Shown here: positions 37,401 through 47,026 of the stretch, in pieces
Position numbering within the stretch: the first letter of the stretch is position 1
Layout of the letters: the number at the start of each line of letters is the position of its first letter
Source: Sedimentisphaerales bacterium
GTDB lineage: Bacteria; Planctomycetota; Phycisphaerae; Sedimentisphaerales; Anaerobacaceae
NCBI GenBank assembly: GCA_049287505.1
Contig: JBAQFY010000352.1
Span: 1 to 59,214 of the forward strand
DNA: 59,214 nt
Reading direction: 5' to 3'
Notes under the pieces: model-generated
Database searches by the model: none
The model's input: only the letters and a program-made list of their open reading frames with translations
Told to the model about the DNA's origin: nothing
Made by a program: the position numbers and the translations under genes

Positions 37401-37852
37401 AAAACGTTGCTCTTGGACTTTTTCAACAGACCCTTCCGTAGGAATGACAATCCGTCAATATGTCTTTAAACGAGCACCAAGTTACCATTATTCCAGTTTG
37501 CCCAGTACTTCTTGTTAGATAGCGACTTAACACAGTATATAATTTAACGATATATTTAACATTGTCAAGTGTTTTGTAATATTTTTTACAAAATTTCTCA
37601 AAAATTTGGGAATTATCAAATATTTTGATGATTTTCCCTGTTTTTTTGCCTTTTTGCTCTCTATAGGTGATAGAAATCAAGTGTCCAACTCATGTGAAAC
37701 TCTCGTGCTATATAGCGACTTTGCAGAGGTAGGAACTGCTATGGAGAAGGAATCCGTATATAAAATTTGTGTTATGGATTGAATTACGATATTTTCCTGC
37801 GATGATAAGAGCGTTTTAAAGTAGTGCTCTGTGACACATGATTTAAGGAACT

Positions 37853-37942
37853 GTTATTGCGAGGCCACAGAATGCGACCGTGGCAATTTCTAATCTGCGA
37901 ATGGTTGAGATTGCTTCGGTCATTTCGTTCCCTCGCAATGAC
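37853..37942. repeat. second pair of the same hairpin units
   Basis: gttattgcgaggccacagaatgcgaccgtggcaatttc (37853-37890, forward) and gagattgcttcggtcatttcgttccctcgcaatgac (37907-37942, reverse). Confidence 0.85.
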
Positions 37943-38028
37943 ATCCATCGATTGAACTGTCACAAAACAGTAGGAGCGGTTCGCAAACCGCCCATACCTG
38001 GGATAATGTTGCAGACAAAGGTGTAAAA

Positions 38029-38754
38029 ATGAGCTGTATAGGTGATAAATTTCAGCAGGAAACAAAGTATGAGCCGAGCAGAATGCCGAGACATAGACTT
38101 GCTTGGAGTACTAAACCGGCTTTGTATAAGGAATATCCAGAAGCACAAAAGATTGAGCTTCCATCCTTTGAGCCTGCTCAGGCTCCAAGCTTAGACCAGA
38201 CTCTGAAGCAAAGAAAGAGCATTCGTGATTTTCAGGCCCGACCGATTAGCAAAGACCAACTTTCGTATCTGCTTTGGGCCTCGACCGGTATCCAGCGTAT
38301 CGAGGATGGCTATGAATTTCGCACAGCCCCATCGGCAGGAGCTCTTTACCCGATAGAGACCTATGTTGTTGCCAACGACGTATGGAAACTGGAAGCGGGC
38401 GTTTATCATTACTCTGTCAGAGCTCATCAGCTTGAGCAATTAAAGCAGGGTGGGTTTCGCCAACAGATTGCCAGGGCGGCTTTAGGTCAAGGGATGTGCG
38501 CTACGGCTGCTGCTGTTTTTGTTTGGTCGGCTGTTTTCGCACGGTGTAAATGGAAGTATGGCCAGCGGGCGTACAGATATATTTACCTTGATACCGGCCA
38601 TATCGCTGAGAATTTGGCTTTAGCGGCTGTTAGTTTGAATCTTGGTAGCTGTGAAGTTGGGGCCTTGTACGATGAGCAGGTCAATGCGATTTTGGGCATT
38701 GATGGCACGGAAGAAAGCGTACTTTGCATGGCGGTTATCGGGGTTCCGGCCTGA
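38029..38754 (+). CDS. SagB-type dehydrogenase / nitroreductase-family protein
   Basis: RKSIRDFQARPISKDQLSYLLWASTGI...RTAPSAGALYPIETYVV...GVYHY, typical of SagB/ThcOx-type nitroreductase domains. Confidence 0.75.
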   Translation: MSCIGDKFQQETKYEPSRMPRHRLAWSTKPALYKEYPEAQKIELPSFEPAQAPSLDQTLKQRKSIRDFQARPISKDQLSYLLWASTGIQRIEDGYEFRTAPSAGALYPIETYVVANDVWKLEAGVYHYSVRAHQLEQLKQGGFRQQIARAALGQGMCATAAAVFVWSAVFARCKWKYGQRAYRYIYLDTGHIAENLALAAVSLNLGSCEVGALYDEQVNAILGIDGTEESVLCMAVIGVPA

Positions 38755-38998
38755 TGGCAGAAACTTATGCCCAGGCAGTTCCAAGTATTATCGGCGGCTG
38801 ACTGAACAGAACGTTTAATAACCAGCTTTCTGCCGAGAAAAACTTTCCAAGATATTATCGGAAAAAGTTTTACAATCAGCCATTTAACAGTTATATTGCA
38901 TTTTCAAATACCAATTGCACCTTATTCTACTCAACAGGTGCGAGATTTGAAAATACAGTCAAAAGGGATTTTGCAAAAGACAAAAGGTAAAGGACACC

Positions 38999-39958
38999 AT
39001 GGCAGGAAGGAGTCCTAAAGTAGTAGTAATTGGCAGCACCTATGTGGATATGGCGATAAGGTGCGGCCAAATCCCATCACCCGGACAGAGCGTTATCGGC
39101 ACTGCTCTTTCCTACACAGCCACCGGTCCGGGACCAAATCAGGCAGTGGAAGCTGCATTGTGCGGCTGTGAGGTGCATCTTATCAGCAAAATCGGCGGCG
39201 ACCCATTTGCTCAGATGGCTAAGGCGAGGCTTGCAGAGCTCAATGTCAACACCGACTTTGTCTATACCGCCGAGGCCAAGAATACCGGTGTTGTTGTAAC
39301 TATGGTAAATGCCGCAGGCGAAAACGCCGCCTGTTACTACGCCGGAGCAAACAGCGCTTTACAATCTCTGGACATCAACTCCGCCGAACAGATTATTTCA
39401 GAGGCGGACGTTTGTCTGATTCACGGCCAATTGCCACAGGAAGCAATTGTAGCCGCTGTTCGTTGTGCGAAGATACACGGCACAGAGGTCATTCTTAATC
39501 CTGCAAGACCGGTAGAGCAACAAGGCCAAGAAAGCAGCGACGTGCCTGTCGACTACTTTACGGTTGACATCCTGCTTTCTAATCTTTATGAAGCTGCGGA
39601 GATTGCCGACCATTCAGCAGCCAATGTTCGTACCGCCAAGCTGATTGGCTCTGATCTTGTGGCTCGTGGCGTTGGCTCTGCTGTGATAACAATGGGCAAG
39701 CGGGGCTGTATGGTCGTTGACAGAAGCGGCGCCGACCAGATTCGGGGTTTTGACGTGGAACTTGTGGACCAGACCGGCAGTGGAGATGCATTTGCAGGGG
39801 CACTGGCTGCTTACTACGCTGTAAAAGACGATGTAAGAGGAGCGGTCAAATTCGCCTCGGCGGCAGGCGCCTTAGCCTGCACAAAGTTCGGCTCGACCGA
39901 GGCACTGCCCACAAAAGCCGAGATTATCGAGCTACTACAGAAAGAAGATATCGAGTAA
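38999..39958 (+). CDS. rbsK: ribokinase / PfkB-family sugar kinase
   Basis: VVVIGSTYVDM, GPGPNQAVEAALCG and the DQTGSGDAFAGALA anion-hole/ATP motif. The specific substrate is not proven. Confidence 0.7.
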   Translation: MAGRSPKVVVIGSTYVDMAIRCGQIPSPGQSVIGTALSYTATGPGPNQAVEAALCGCEVHLISKIGGDPFAQMAKARLAELNVNTDFVYTAEAKNTGVVVTMVNAAGENAACYYAGANSALQSLDINSAEQIISEADVCLIHGQLPQEAIVAAVRCAKIHGTEVILNPARPVEQQGQESSDVPVDYFTVDILLSNLYEAAEIADHSAANVRTAKLIGSDLVARGVGSAVITMGKRGCMVVDRSGADQIRGFDVELVDQTGSGDAFAGALAAYYAVKDDVRGAVKFASAAGALACTKFGSTEALPTKAEIIELLQKEDIE

Positions 39959-40166
39959 AAGCACAACTCGATACCGGATGCACAGCAATTACCCCTCCAT
40001 TACTGTCGGCTCGTGCTACGTAGCGATTACTTCGCAGAGTAGCAGGCTCTGTTTAAGAGCAAACGTAATACCTTCTAATTTCAAATCCTCAATTCCTCAA
40101 AGCCGTTTTTTTCTCGATCTGCTGTTTATATTGCCATGCCTTTTTTTGAAGAAGATTCGGTTAAGT

Positions 40167-40373
40167 TCAATTCATCGACTCGTCTTCGAGGGAATCAAGG
40201 CTCATAATGACATCGTGCATAAAAACTCGTCTTCCGCTCGGCGTGTCGTGAGCGGCGTAGGTCATTCCTCGCTCCGAATCGTAGTAGGCGTACCAGCTAT
40301 AGGCGGACAACCATTCATAATCCTCGTCGTCAACTTTTGCGTTTAGGCCGTTCCCTAACGGTATCTCTTTCAT
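40167..40373 (-). CDS. truncated HNH/AP2-type homing-endonuclease-like N-terminal fragment
   Basis: GLNAKVDDEDYEWLSAYSWYAYYD...RRVFMHDVI matches the usual a.VDdeDye.l....W...mHr.i opening of phage HNH_3 proteins. The ORF stops after 68 aa, before any HNH motif. Confidence 0.4.
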   Translation of the reverse strand: MKEIPLGNGLNAKVDDEDYEWLSAYSWYAYYDSERGMTYAAHDTPSGRRVFMHDVIMSLDSLEDESMN

Positions 40374-40595
40374 TTTTCCCTCTTATTTTCTCAAAACCAA
40401 AAACAGCCGATGACCTTACTTTGGGCTGTATTGTAATTCTTGTGGGCTTAAAAGGCAAGGTTCGGTTTTGGTGCGGTGAAAATGATTCGAGCACGATTTT
40501 CAATCAAAAACCCTGATACTTACTTGAAAAGTAAGCAAGGATAAGCGTGGTGAAAGGTGATCTCATGAGTCAAAATAGATAAAAATATCCGCGAG

Positions 40596-40743
40596 TTTTC
40601 AATCAAAAACGCTGATACCTAAAAACAAAAATCGGAATTTTAAAATATTTTTTTATTCATTTCTACAAAAGCGCTTACGGAAAAAACTCCCTTTAAAAAT
40701 CCTGCAATTTTCGAATCAAACGTGCAGATAGCTCTAATTATGG
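40596..40743. repeat. 148-bp inverted repeat, right copy (upstream of the portal operon)
   Basis: See 32921-33068. An extra copy of the first box (ttttcaatcaaaaaccctgatac) lies at 40496-40518. Confidence 0.85.
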
Positions 40744-40823
40744 CAGCAGTGATCGGCAACTTGTAGCCGGTTAATGGTAATTGGTAATTATTTAACCACC
40801 GACCAAAAAATGGAGTTCAAAGC

Positions 40824-42407
40824 ATGGGATTTGACCTTGATATCTTTCAGGATGAGCAGCTTGAGGCTGATTATATTGAGTGGCTCGTTGATGAACAGTC
40901 GATTGATGTTCGAGGGCACTTTGAGAAGCTGTGGGAATATTACGCAAACCCCAAGATGGAAATGCACGGCACCGGCGCCTGTGACAGAAAGGTGAATGAA
41001 TCAGGGCGGTGCTATGTGCAGGCGCAAGAATATGGGCTTCCTGCGAGAATAACGGGGCTTGTCCACAGTGGACAGGTGGGCGTCTTCGGCGCGAGGTGTG
41101 CCCGCGAAGTGCAACGAAAAGAAGTAGTAATTGAGAATGATATTGCCTGGCGCATAAACGCGGCGGTGGACTTTTTGTTCGGCAAGCCGATTAGTTTTGT
41201 TTCGAAATCGCCAGATAGCCAAAAAAGTGCAGAAATTGAGGCGATATTAAAGGCACTGTTTGCAGCCAACGGCGGTATCGCGTTTTTCCAGGATATGGCG
41301 GTGCTCGGAAGTGTTTATGGTTTTGTCGATTGTTTCGTCAGGCCTGGCGAAGAAATCATCGAACGCATTTTCTCCTCCTCCCCCGCCAACTACGAGCGGG
41401 GACAAACCCAAACCCTCTCACTGGCTTCCCACAAAGCGGGGTCTCTTGAAGATGTGCTGAAATTGGCACAGACAATCGGCCTTGAACTGATTGAGGCACC
41501 AAGAGCACTGCCTGTTCTGGATGAAAACGACTATAAAAAGACAAGATATTACGTGCAGCACTTCTACCAGAAGAAAAACGCACTGAGTAAGAAAAGCTCG
41601 TTTCTATCAAGAATATTCTCCGGCGGTAAACGAAGCAGTAATAGTCGGCAAATAGTTGCGGTGACGGAGATTACTTCTGCTGCGGCTTACCAGAGATATG
41701 AAGACAAGCAGCTTGTTGGGCAAGCCCAATTGCCGTGGGGTTTTCTGCCGGTGGTGCATATCCAGAACATTGCTCAGCCATACTACTATGAGGGCTTAAG
41801 CGACGTCGAGCCGTTGATACCACTACAGGACGAGCTTAATACCAGATTGAGCGACAGGGCCAGCAGGATTACGTTCCAGTCGTTTAAGATGTATCTGGGT
41901 AAAGGGATAGAGGGCTTTGAGGATAAGCCCATTTCGCCCGGCAGGATGTGGTACACCGACAATCCGGAAGCGACTATTGAAGAATTCGGCGGAGATGTGG
42001 CAACGCCAAGCGAGGGTCTGCACATCGCTGAAATCAGAGAGGCACTGGACAAGACCAGCGGTGTAACGCCGGTAGTGGCCGGCGTTCTGAAGAACAAGCT
42101 TGGCAACCTTACAAGCGCGGTGGCCCTTCGACTAACGCTTATGGGGATGCTCTCAAAGAACGAACGTAAGAAATTTACTTACAACGAGGGGCTTAAAAGA
42201 ATCTGCAGGATGGTTCTGGCGATACTCGATACGGCCAACATCTATAAGAGTTCCGAGGCGGACAGAGAGGTCGATATCGTTTTTTCCAGCCCACTGCCTG
42301 AAAACGTGATGGAGAAACTAAAAGAAGCCCAGATTAAAAAAGAGCTGGGTGTTCCGACTGAGCAGGTGCTCAGAGAATTAGGCTATGAGGCCACGAGAGA
42401 AAGTTGA
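40824..42407 (+). CDS. phage portal protein
   Basis: 527 aa and first gene of the structural operon. LSDVEPLIPLQDELNTRLSDRASRITFQSFKMYLGKG resembles the portal core (stem/wing) region. A scaffold and a capsid gene follow. Confidence 0.75.
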   Translation: MGFDLDIFQDEQLEADYIEWLVDEQSIDVRGHFEKLWEYYANPKMEMHGTGACDRKVNESGRCYVQAQEYGLPARITGLVHSGQVGVFGARCAREVQRKEVVIENDIAWRINAAVDFLFGKPISFVSKSPDSQKSAEIEAILKALFAANGGIAFFQDMAVLGSVYGFVDCFVRPGEEIIERIFSSSPANYERGQTQTLSLASHKAGSLEDVLKLAQTIGLELIEAPRALPVLDENDYKKTRYYVQHFYQKKNALSKKSSFLSRIFSGGKRSSNSRQIVAVTEITSAAAYQRYEDKQLVGQAQLPWGFLPVVHIQNIAQPYYYEGLSDVEPLIPLQDELNTRLSDRASRITFQSFKMYLGKGIEGFEDKPISPGRMWYTDNPEATIEEFGGDVATPSEGLHIAEIREALDKTSGVTPVVAGVLKNKLGNLTSAVALRLTLMGMLSKNERKKFTYNEGLKRICRMVLAILDTANIYKSSEADREVDIVFSSPLPENVMEKLKEAQIKKELGVPTEQVLRELGYEATRES

Positions 42408-42460
42408 CATTTTGAACGGCGAATTCCCACCTGTGAGGGAATGACATATCAGGAGGTTTT

Positions 42461-42985
42461 ATGAGTCCGATTGAGACACAAGAGGTTTTGTCAGAAGACA
42501 TAACGGGAGCAAGTGACAATGACAATATGAAACTTGTTCCGGTGACTGAGTCAATCCGCTATCGAAAGAGGGCACAGAGTGCTGAAAAAAAGGTTGAAGC
42601 TTTGATGGAGCAACTGGCGGAGGCAAAATTGCAAGTAAAATCGATGTCTGAGCAATTGAGCGATATTCAAGCCGAGCAGAAACTGACTCGCAAATTAGCT
42701 GCTGCGGGGACAGTTGATATGGAAACGGCTGTATTGCTTGCCAAAGCCAAAATGGAAGGGCAAATGGAAGCGGATTTGGACAGTGTAATCGAGCAGTTGA
42801 AAAATGAAAAGCAATATCTGTTCGGCCATGTCAGTGGAGCTGTAACAGTGAAAAAGACAGCAGGGGCTAAGGAGCGAATGACAAACAATCAGACTGTTCT
42901 CGAAAGAGCAGCTAAGAAGGCTGCAACGACAGGTAATCGAACAGATTTGCAGGAGTATTTGAAACTGCGAAGGAATTTTCTGTAA
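42461..42985 (+). CDS. phage scaffolding protein
   Basis: 174-aa coiled-coil-rich protein (RYRKRAQSAEKKVEALMEQLAEAKLQVKSMSEQL) between the portal and the major capsid. Confidence 0.6.
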   Translation: MSPIETQEVLSEDITGASDNDNMKLVPVTESIRYRKRAQSAEKKVEALMEQLAEAKLQVKSMSEQLSDIQAEQKLTRKLAAAGTVDMETAVLLAKAKMEGQMEADLDSVIEQLKNEKQYLFGHVSGAVTVKKTAGAKERMTNNQTVLERAAKKAATTGNRTDLQEYLKLRRNFL

Positions 42986-43080
42986 TTTTGGTGAGTAGTT
43001 AAATAGTGAGTGGTGAGTAGTCAAGCAACCAATTAACCACTCACCAAGTAACCAATTAACTAATTGAAGGAGAAGCACAA

Positions 43081-44235
43081 ATGGCTTTTACAGGAAAAGC
43101 AACTTATTCAGCGGGTACAACTTTAGCCGAACTGGCTGAAGATGTATCAGATTTGATAGGGATAATTTCGCCTTATGAGACGCCTTTGCTGGATGCTCTT
43201 GGTGACCCGATGAGAGAGGCGATGAGCACACATCATGAGTGGCTTGAAGATGAACTTTTGCCGAACAAGGATGCTATCAACGACAGCACATATACCGACC
43301 CGAGTGCCGACACCGACTTTGTAGTTGATAACGGCAGCAGGTTCCGTGTGGGAGACCAGATTCAGGTAGAAGGCAGCGAGGAATTAATGCTCGTGACGGG
43401 TATCAACAGCAATACGCTGACGGTGGTTCGCGGTTATGCAGGCACTACAGCGGAAGACCTTGCCGATAATCAGGTGATAAACATTCTGGGAAATGCGGCT
43501 CTTGAAGGGGCGGACAAGCCCGGTGCGAGGTTTACCAATCGCAGCAGGTACGGCAACTATACGCAGATATTTACAGCTACGGTGGAAGTGAGCGGGACGG
43601 ATATGGCTGCAAGCCAGCTGGGTCTGGCAGACGAGATGGATTACCAGAAGCAGGAACGGCTTCGTGAACTTCTTCGCGACCTGGAAAATACGGTCGTCAA
43701 CGGCGGCCGGCCGGCGAGCAATCCCGAAGGCAGCGGTTCGGTGAGAAGGTCGATGAAGGGCATTATTCAGCACCTATCAACTAATGTTTTCCATACCGGC
43801 GACAGTGGCTTTCCAACAGGCACCGGTCTGGATGAGGACAAGATTAATTACGTGCTCAGGCAGATTTGGGCGAGCAGTAATGGCAACGTGGACCTGATTG
43901 TGGTTGGTGGTTTTCAGAAGCGAAAGATAAATGCTTTTTCAGCCGGTAGCCGAACCTACGGAGCCAACGATACCACCTTCACCGATATGATTGGCATTTA
44001 TGAAAGTGATTTCGGCGTCTGCAGAATTGTTACCACACGATGGATGCAGCAGGATGCAGCGCTGCTGCTGGATTCGTCTCGTATTAATGTGCTGCCGTTA
44101 GCGGGGCGGAACTTTCATTTCAAGCCGTTGGCAAGCGGCGGCGACTATGAATGCGGTGAGCTAATTGGCGAATATACTGTGGAACTCAGGAACGAAGCGG
44201 CACACGGTCTCATTCGCGATTTAAGTACCAGCTAA
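43081..44235 (+). CDS. major capsid protein (SU10/DUF5309-like, HK97 fold)
   Basis: The N-terminus LAEDVSDLIGIISPYETPLLDALG is typical of the SU10-type capsid family. Size, position and a strong RBS (gaaggag) fit. Confidence 0.7.
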   Translation: MAFTGKATYSAGTTLAELAEDVSDLIGIISPYETPLLDALGDPMREAMSTHHEWLEDELLPNKDAINDSTYTDPSADTDFVVDNGSRFRVGDQIQVEGSEELMLVTGINSNTLTVVRGYAGTTAEDLADNQVINILGNAALEGADKPGARFTNRSRYGNYTQIFTATVEVSGTDMAASQLGLADEMDYQKQERLRELLRDLENTVVNGGRPASNPEGSGSVRRSMKGIIQHLSTNVFHTGDSGFPTGTGLDEDKINYVLRQIWASSNGNVDLIVVGGFQKRKINAFSAGSRTYGANDTTFTDMIGIYESDFGVCRIVTTRWMQQDAALLLDSSRINVLPLAGRNFHFKPLASGGDYECGELIGEYTVELRNEAAHGLIRDLSTS

Positions 44236-44278
44236 ATCGCGGGGGTGTAGCAGACGCATCCTGATGCGTCCGGGCAAA

Positions 44279-44310
44279 GGTGCCCAAAGAGTGTTTGCTC
44301 TTTGGGCACC
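44279..44310 (+). terminator. 13-bp perfect stem-loop after the capsid gene
   Basis: ggtgcccaaagag (44279-44291), loop tgtttg, ctctttgggcacc (44298-44310). It is preceded by a second short hairpin, gacgcatc/gatgcgtc (44253-44270). Only a weak T-tract follows. Confidence 0.5.
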
Positions 44311-44346
44311 TGAGAAGCCCTTTTGATTGGAAGGGAGCTAAAGGAA

Positions 44347-45003
44347 ATGGTTAGTTTTTCGAACGATGCAGATATCTTGAAATATGAGCCTATACTGTTC
44401 GGGGAGTTACATCTGCCGCAGCAGGTACTTGTGACAGGAACAGGGGGGACGCTTAGCGGAACAACATTCACTGCAAACGGTGCAGATTTTGTAAGTGCAC
44501 AAGTATCTGCCGGCGGCGTTGTGTATTTTCGTTCTGCGGATGGGACGTTAGATGGGGCATATGAGATAGTTTCCGTGGATTCGGTGACGCAGCTTAGTGT
44601 TTCCGTAATCAGGTCGGATTCAGCGATGGCTGCCGTAGCGCCGCCAGCGGCTACTGAAATATTCTATCGCATCAGCACGTTCGGACCACAGGCTAATGAA
44701 GCAGGTTTTCAGTTGACCGAATACTTCGGTATTAGCCCGGGCAATCCTGCAAGTGACATAGATGCAGAGGATGTTCTGGATACGAACGTATTGAAGAGGA
44801 CGTCGGTTTTTGCGGTCATCTCAACTGTGTATGCGATGTTAGCCAGCAAAGCCAAAGACGAGAATTTCTGGAAGAAAAGTCTGCACTATCAGAATCTTTT
44901 TTCCAAGGCAAAGGAACGGTGCCGGCTTAGCATCGATGTCGGCTCTGACGGGGTGGCTGATGTTACTAAAGTTGGGGCGTCTGGAAAGTTAGTGCGTGAT
45001 TAG
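44347..45003 (+). CDS. phage structural protein (head-tail region), unknown function
   Basis: I prefer ATG 44347 (MVSFSNDADILKYEP, aaagga RBS) to the TTG at 44323. Its position after the capsid gene is the only functional clue. Confidence 0.6.
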   Translation: MVSFSNDADILKYEPILFGELHLPQQVLVTGTGGTLSGTTFTANGADFVSAQVSAGGVVYFRSADGTLDGAYEIVSVDSVTQLSVSVIRSDSAMAAVAPPAATEIFYRISTFGPQANEAGFQLTEYFGISPGNPASDIDAEDVLDTNVLKRTSVFAVISTVYAMLASKAKDENFWKKSLHYQNLFSKAKERCRLSIDVGSDGVADVTKVGASGKLVRD

Positions 45004-45021
45004 TTTGTATAGAGAAGACAA

Positions 45022-45390
45022 ATGAGTGTTACTTTGGACGGACAAATTTTGTTTGACGAGCAACAGTTAGAGATTGAGCTGGACAGTCTTAACCGAGACT
45101 CGATAGAGAGAGCGGTGTCGGGACTGGATGGTGTGCTCAGTGTTGATATGGGTGGGCGTTCCAGGAAGATAAGACAAAGAGGTACACTGCGGGCGCAAAG
45201 CCGAACGCAGATGAATGACAGAATCAATGTAATATCGGCATATATGGACGGCAATACACACACACTGGTAAGCAATGAGGGAGAAAAATTTGATAACCTT
45301 CGTATGGATTCCTTAAAAGTAAACAGTAAACGGGCAGGTGGCGGCAGTATGGTTGTCGATTATGAAATCGTTTATACACAGTTAGTTTGA
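45022..45390 (+). CDS. phage structural protein, unknown function
   Basis: 122-aa ORF, tightly packed in the structural operon. Confidence 0.6.
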   Translation: MSVTLDGQILFDEQQLEIELDSLNRDSIERAVSGLDGVLSVDMGGRSRKIRQRGTLRAQSRTQMNDRINVISAYMDGNTHTLVSNEGEKFDNLRMDSLKVNSKRAGGGSMVVDYEIVYTQLV

Positions 45391-45431
45391 AAGCGTAAAG
45401 CGTAGAGCGGATAAAAAAGGTAAAAGCAGTA

Positions 45432-46214
45432 ATGGGACTTATCAGCACTGGGATAGAAAAGGTCAGAGCGTTTGAATTGCCCGCTGGTATTTGGGGGGAC
45501 GGCGAGTTTGTCGAGGCCCTGCGGGTAGCGCTGGTGAAGTGGTCCGCCAAAGCGAACCTGAGCGATAAGTTTTATCAGGTTTATGTCAACGGCCAATATG
45601 CAGGAGTAACTATCGACAGTCATCAAAGGCAAATGGTTGTTCCAATACCCACCTCTTTGGAGTCAGCAGTTCGGATAGAAGTCTTTGCCGTTGAGCCGGA
45701 GCAGGCGGATACTGATTTCAGTAATGAGCTTGTCCAGCCACCGGCCACTAGTGGACGGGTGAGAATAAGTCTGTTGCGAAGCCAGAACCTGCCGAGTGAC
45801 GCAACTGCTGAAATCTACTTTGACAACGGGACAGGCGAAATTGATTACAGCCAGCCGCTGACTGATTCGCCGATAAGGATTTGGCCTGCCTGGCAGGATA
45901 AAGCCGGTTTCGGGATGAGCAGATTTGGTGTTTGTGATTTCGGTTATGATTCGGCAGCAGCGGTTGGATTTGGGAAGGGCAGTTTCGGGCACGGTCAGTT
46001 TGGCCTTGATGCTGATACGATTGAATGGATAAGCCCGCCGCTCGTGGCAGGTGTTTATAAATTTGGCGTTAAGGTTATCGACCAGAAGGGTAACGAAAGC
46101 AATGCCAGCGAAACCGAACCAATAACAGTAATACCAGCGGCAAAACCTGCTGTGCGAGTAAGCATTTCTTCCTTTGATAAACAGACAAATCAACTGGTAT
46201 TAAGTGTCTCATAA
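45432..46214 (+). CDS. phage structural protein with a C-terminal Ig/FN3-like domain
   Basis: PPLVAGVYKFGVKVIDQKGNESNASETEPITVIPAAKP resembles a bacterial Ig-like strand pattern. Confidence 0.55.
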   Translation: MGLISTGIEKVRAFELPAGIWGDGEFVEALRVALVKWSAKANLSDKFYQVYVNGQYAGVTIDSHQRQMVVPIPTSLESAVRIEVFAVEPEQADTDFSNELVQPPATSGRVRISLLRSQNLPSDATAEIYFDNGTGEIDYSQPLTDSPIRIWPAWQDKAGFGMSRFGVCDFGYDSAAAVGFGKGSFGHGQFGLDADTIEWISPPLVAGVYKFGVKVIDQKGNESNASETEPITVIPAAKPAVRVSISSFDKQTNQLVLSVS

Positions 46215-46235
46215 AAGAGTAACAAGGAGAATACT

Positions 46236-47024
46236 ATGGCTGAAGTGTATCCAACTGATAACGAGCTGTTAAATATACAGTCTGACAGCGAGACCGGCAT
46301 CGAGTATATAGCAACCGGCAAGGCGCCATATTATCTGGAGTTTCGGAAATTGCTGTATCGGCTGTTGTTGGCGACACGGCGCGCGAACGACTTGAGAGTC
46401 TATGACGAGGGCGGGCTGGACGTAGGCGTAAAAGCGGGCAAGTTCTGGCTGGATACGGAGATGATAAGCTATGCCGGCTCATCGAGCAATACTTTGGCAG
46501 ATGATAAGCAAAATATTTATATCTATCTGAGTTCGTCCGGCAGTCTTGTTACCAACGAATACAGCAGTTTTCCTGATATGGCAACTACGCCGCATATTCG
46601 GCTGGCGATAGTAAGCACATCGGGTGGGTACATCGACTCAATAACCGATTGCCGAATGGGTCATAATATTGTAGTGCCATACGGAGCCGGTGGGATTAAA
46701 AAGACAATCGAGGCACATACCAGCGAAGACACACTTATGACAGCGGAATCCGGCAGTGTTCACAGTAACCTTGGTGCCAGCGGGATAGTTACGCTTACGC
46801 TGCCTGCCTCGGCACCTGCGGGAACGATATTTAGCTTTGGAGTCCAGGCCCCTTATGAGCTGCGTATTGACCCCGGTACAGCGACAATCCGAGACGACAG
46901 CGGCCAGACAGCGGACAAATATAAATCAGCTAATGCGGTCGGAGAATGCCTTAGCATTGTAGCCGATTCCAACGGCGATTGGGCTACCATTGCCAAGAAC
47001 GGGACCTGGACCGAGGAGGTGTAA
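46236..47024 (+). CDS. phage structural protein, unknown function
   Basis: 262-aa ORF with RBS aaggaga. Confidence 0.6.
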   Translation: MAEVYPTDNELLNIQSDSETGIEYIATGKAPYYLEFRKLLYRLLLATRRANDLRVYDEGGLDVGVKAGKFWLDTEMISYAGSSSNTLADDKQNIYIYLSSSGSLVTNEYSSFPDMATTPHIRLAIVSTSGGYIDSITDCRMGHNIVVPYGAGGIKKTIEAHTSEDTLMTAESGSVHSNLGASGIVTLTLPASAPAGTIFSFGVQAPYELRIDPGTATIRDDSGQTADKYKSANAVGECLSIVADSNGDWATIAKNGTWTEEV

Positions 47025-47026
47025 AT

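Noticed and set aside
37470-37730. An AT-rich stretch with short palindromes (ttgtaa-N6-ttacaa, atcaaa-tat-tttgat) and a repeated atagcgactt 10-mer, as a possible phage replication origin next to the DUF1376 module.
   Set aside because: There is no clear iteron array or DnaA-box-like set. The palindromes are 6 bp and are expected by chance at this composition.
40774-40995. A 73-aa ORF overlapping the portal start.
   Set aside because: It is out of frame with, and nested in, the well-supported portal gene, and it has no RBS.
46979-47026. The ORF-track start at 46979 for the CE4 tail protein, implying a 46-nt overlap with the preceding gene.
   Set aside because: ATG 47027 follows a gaggagg RBS and lies 2 nt after the upstream stop. 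The extension (MGYHCQERDLDRGGVN) is just the alternative frame of the upstream gene's end.
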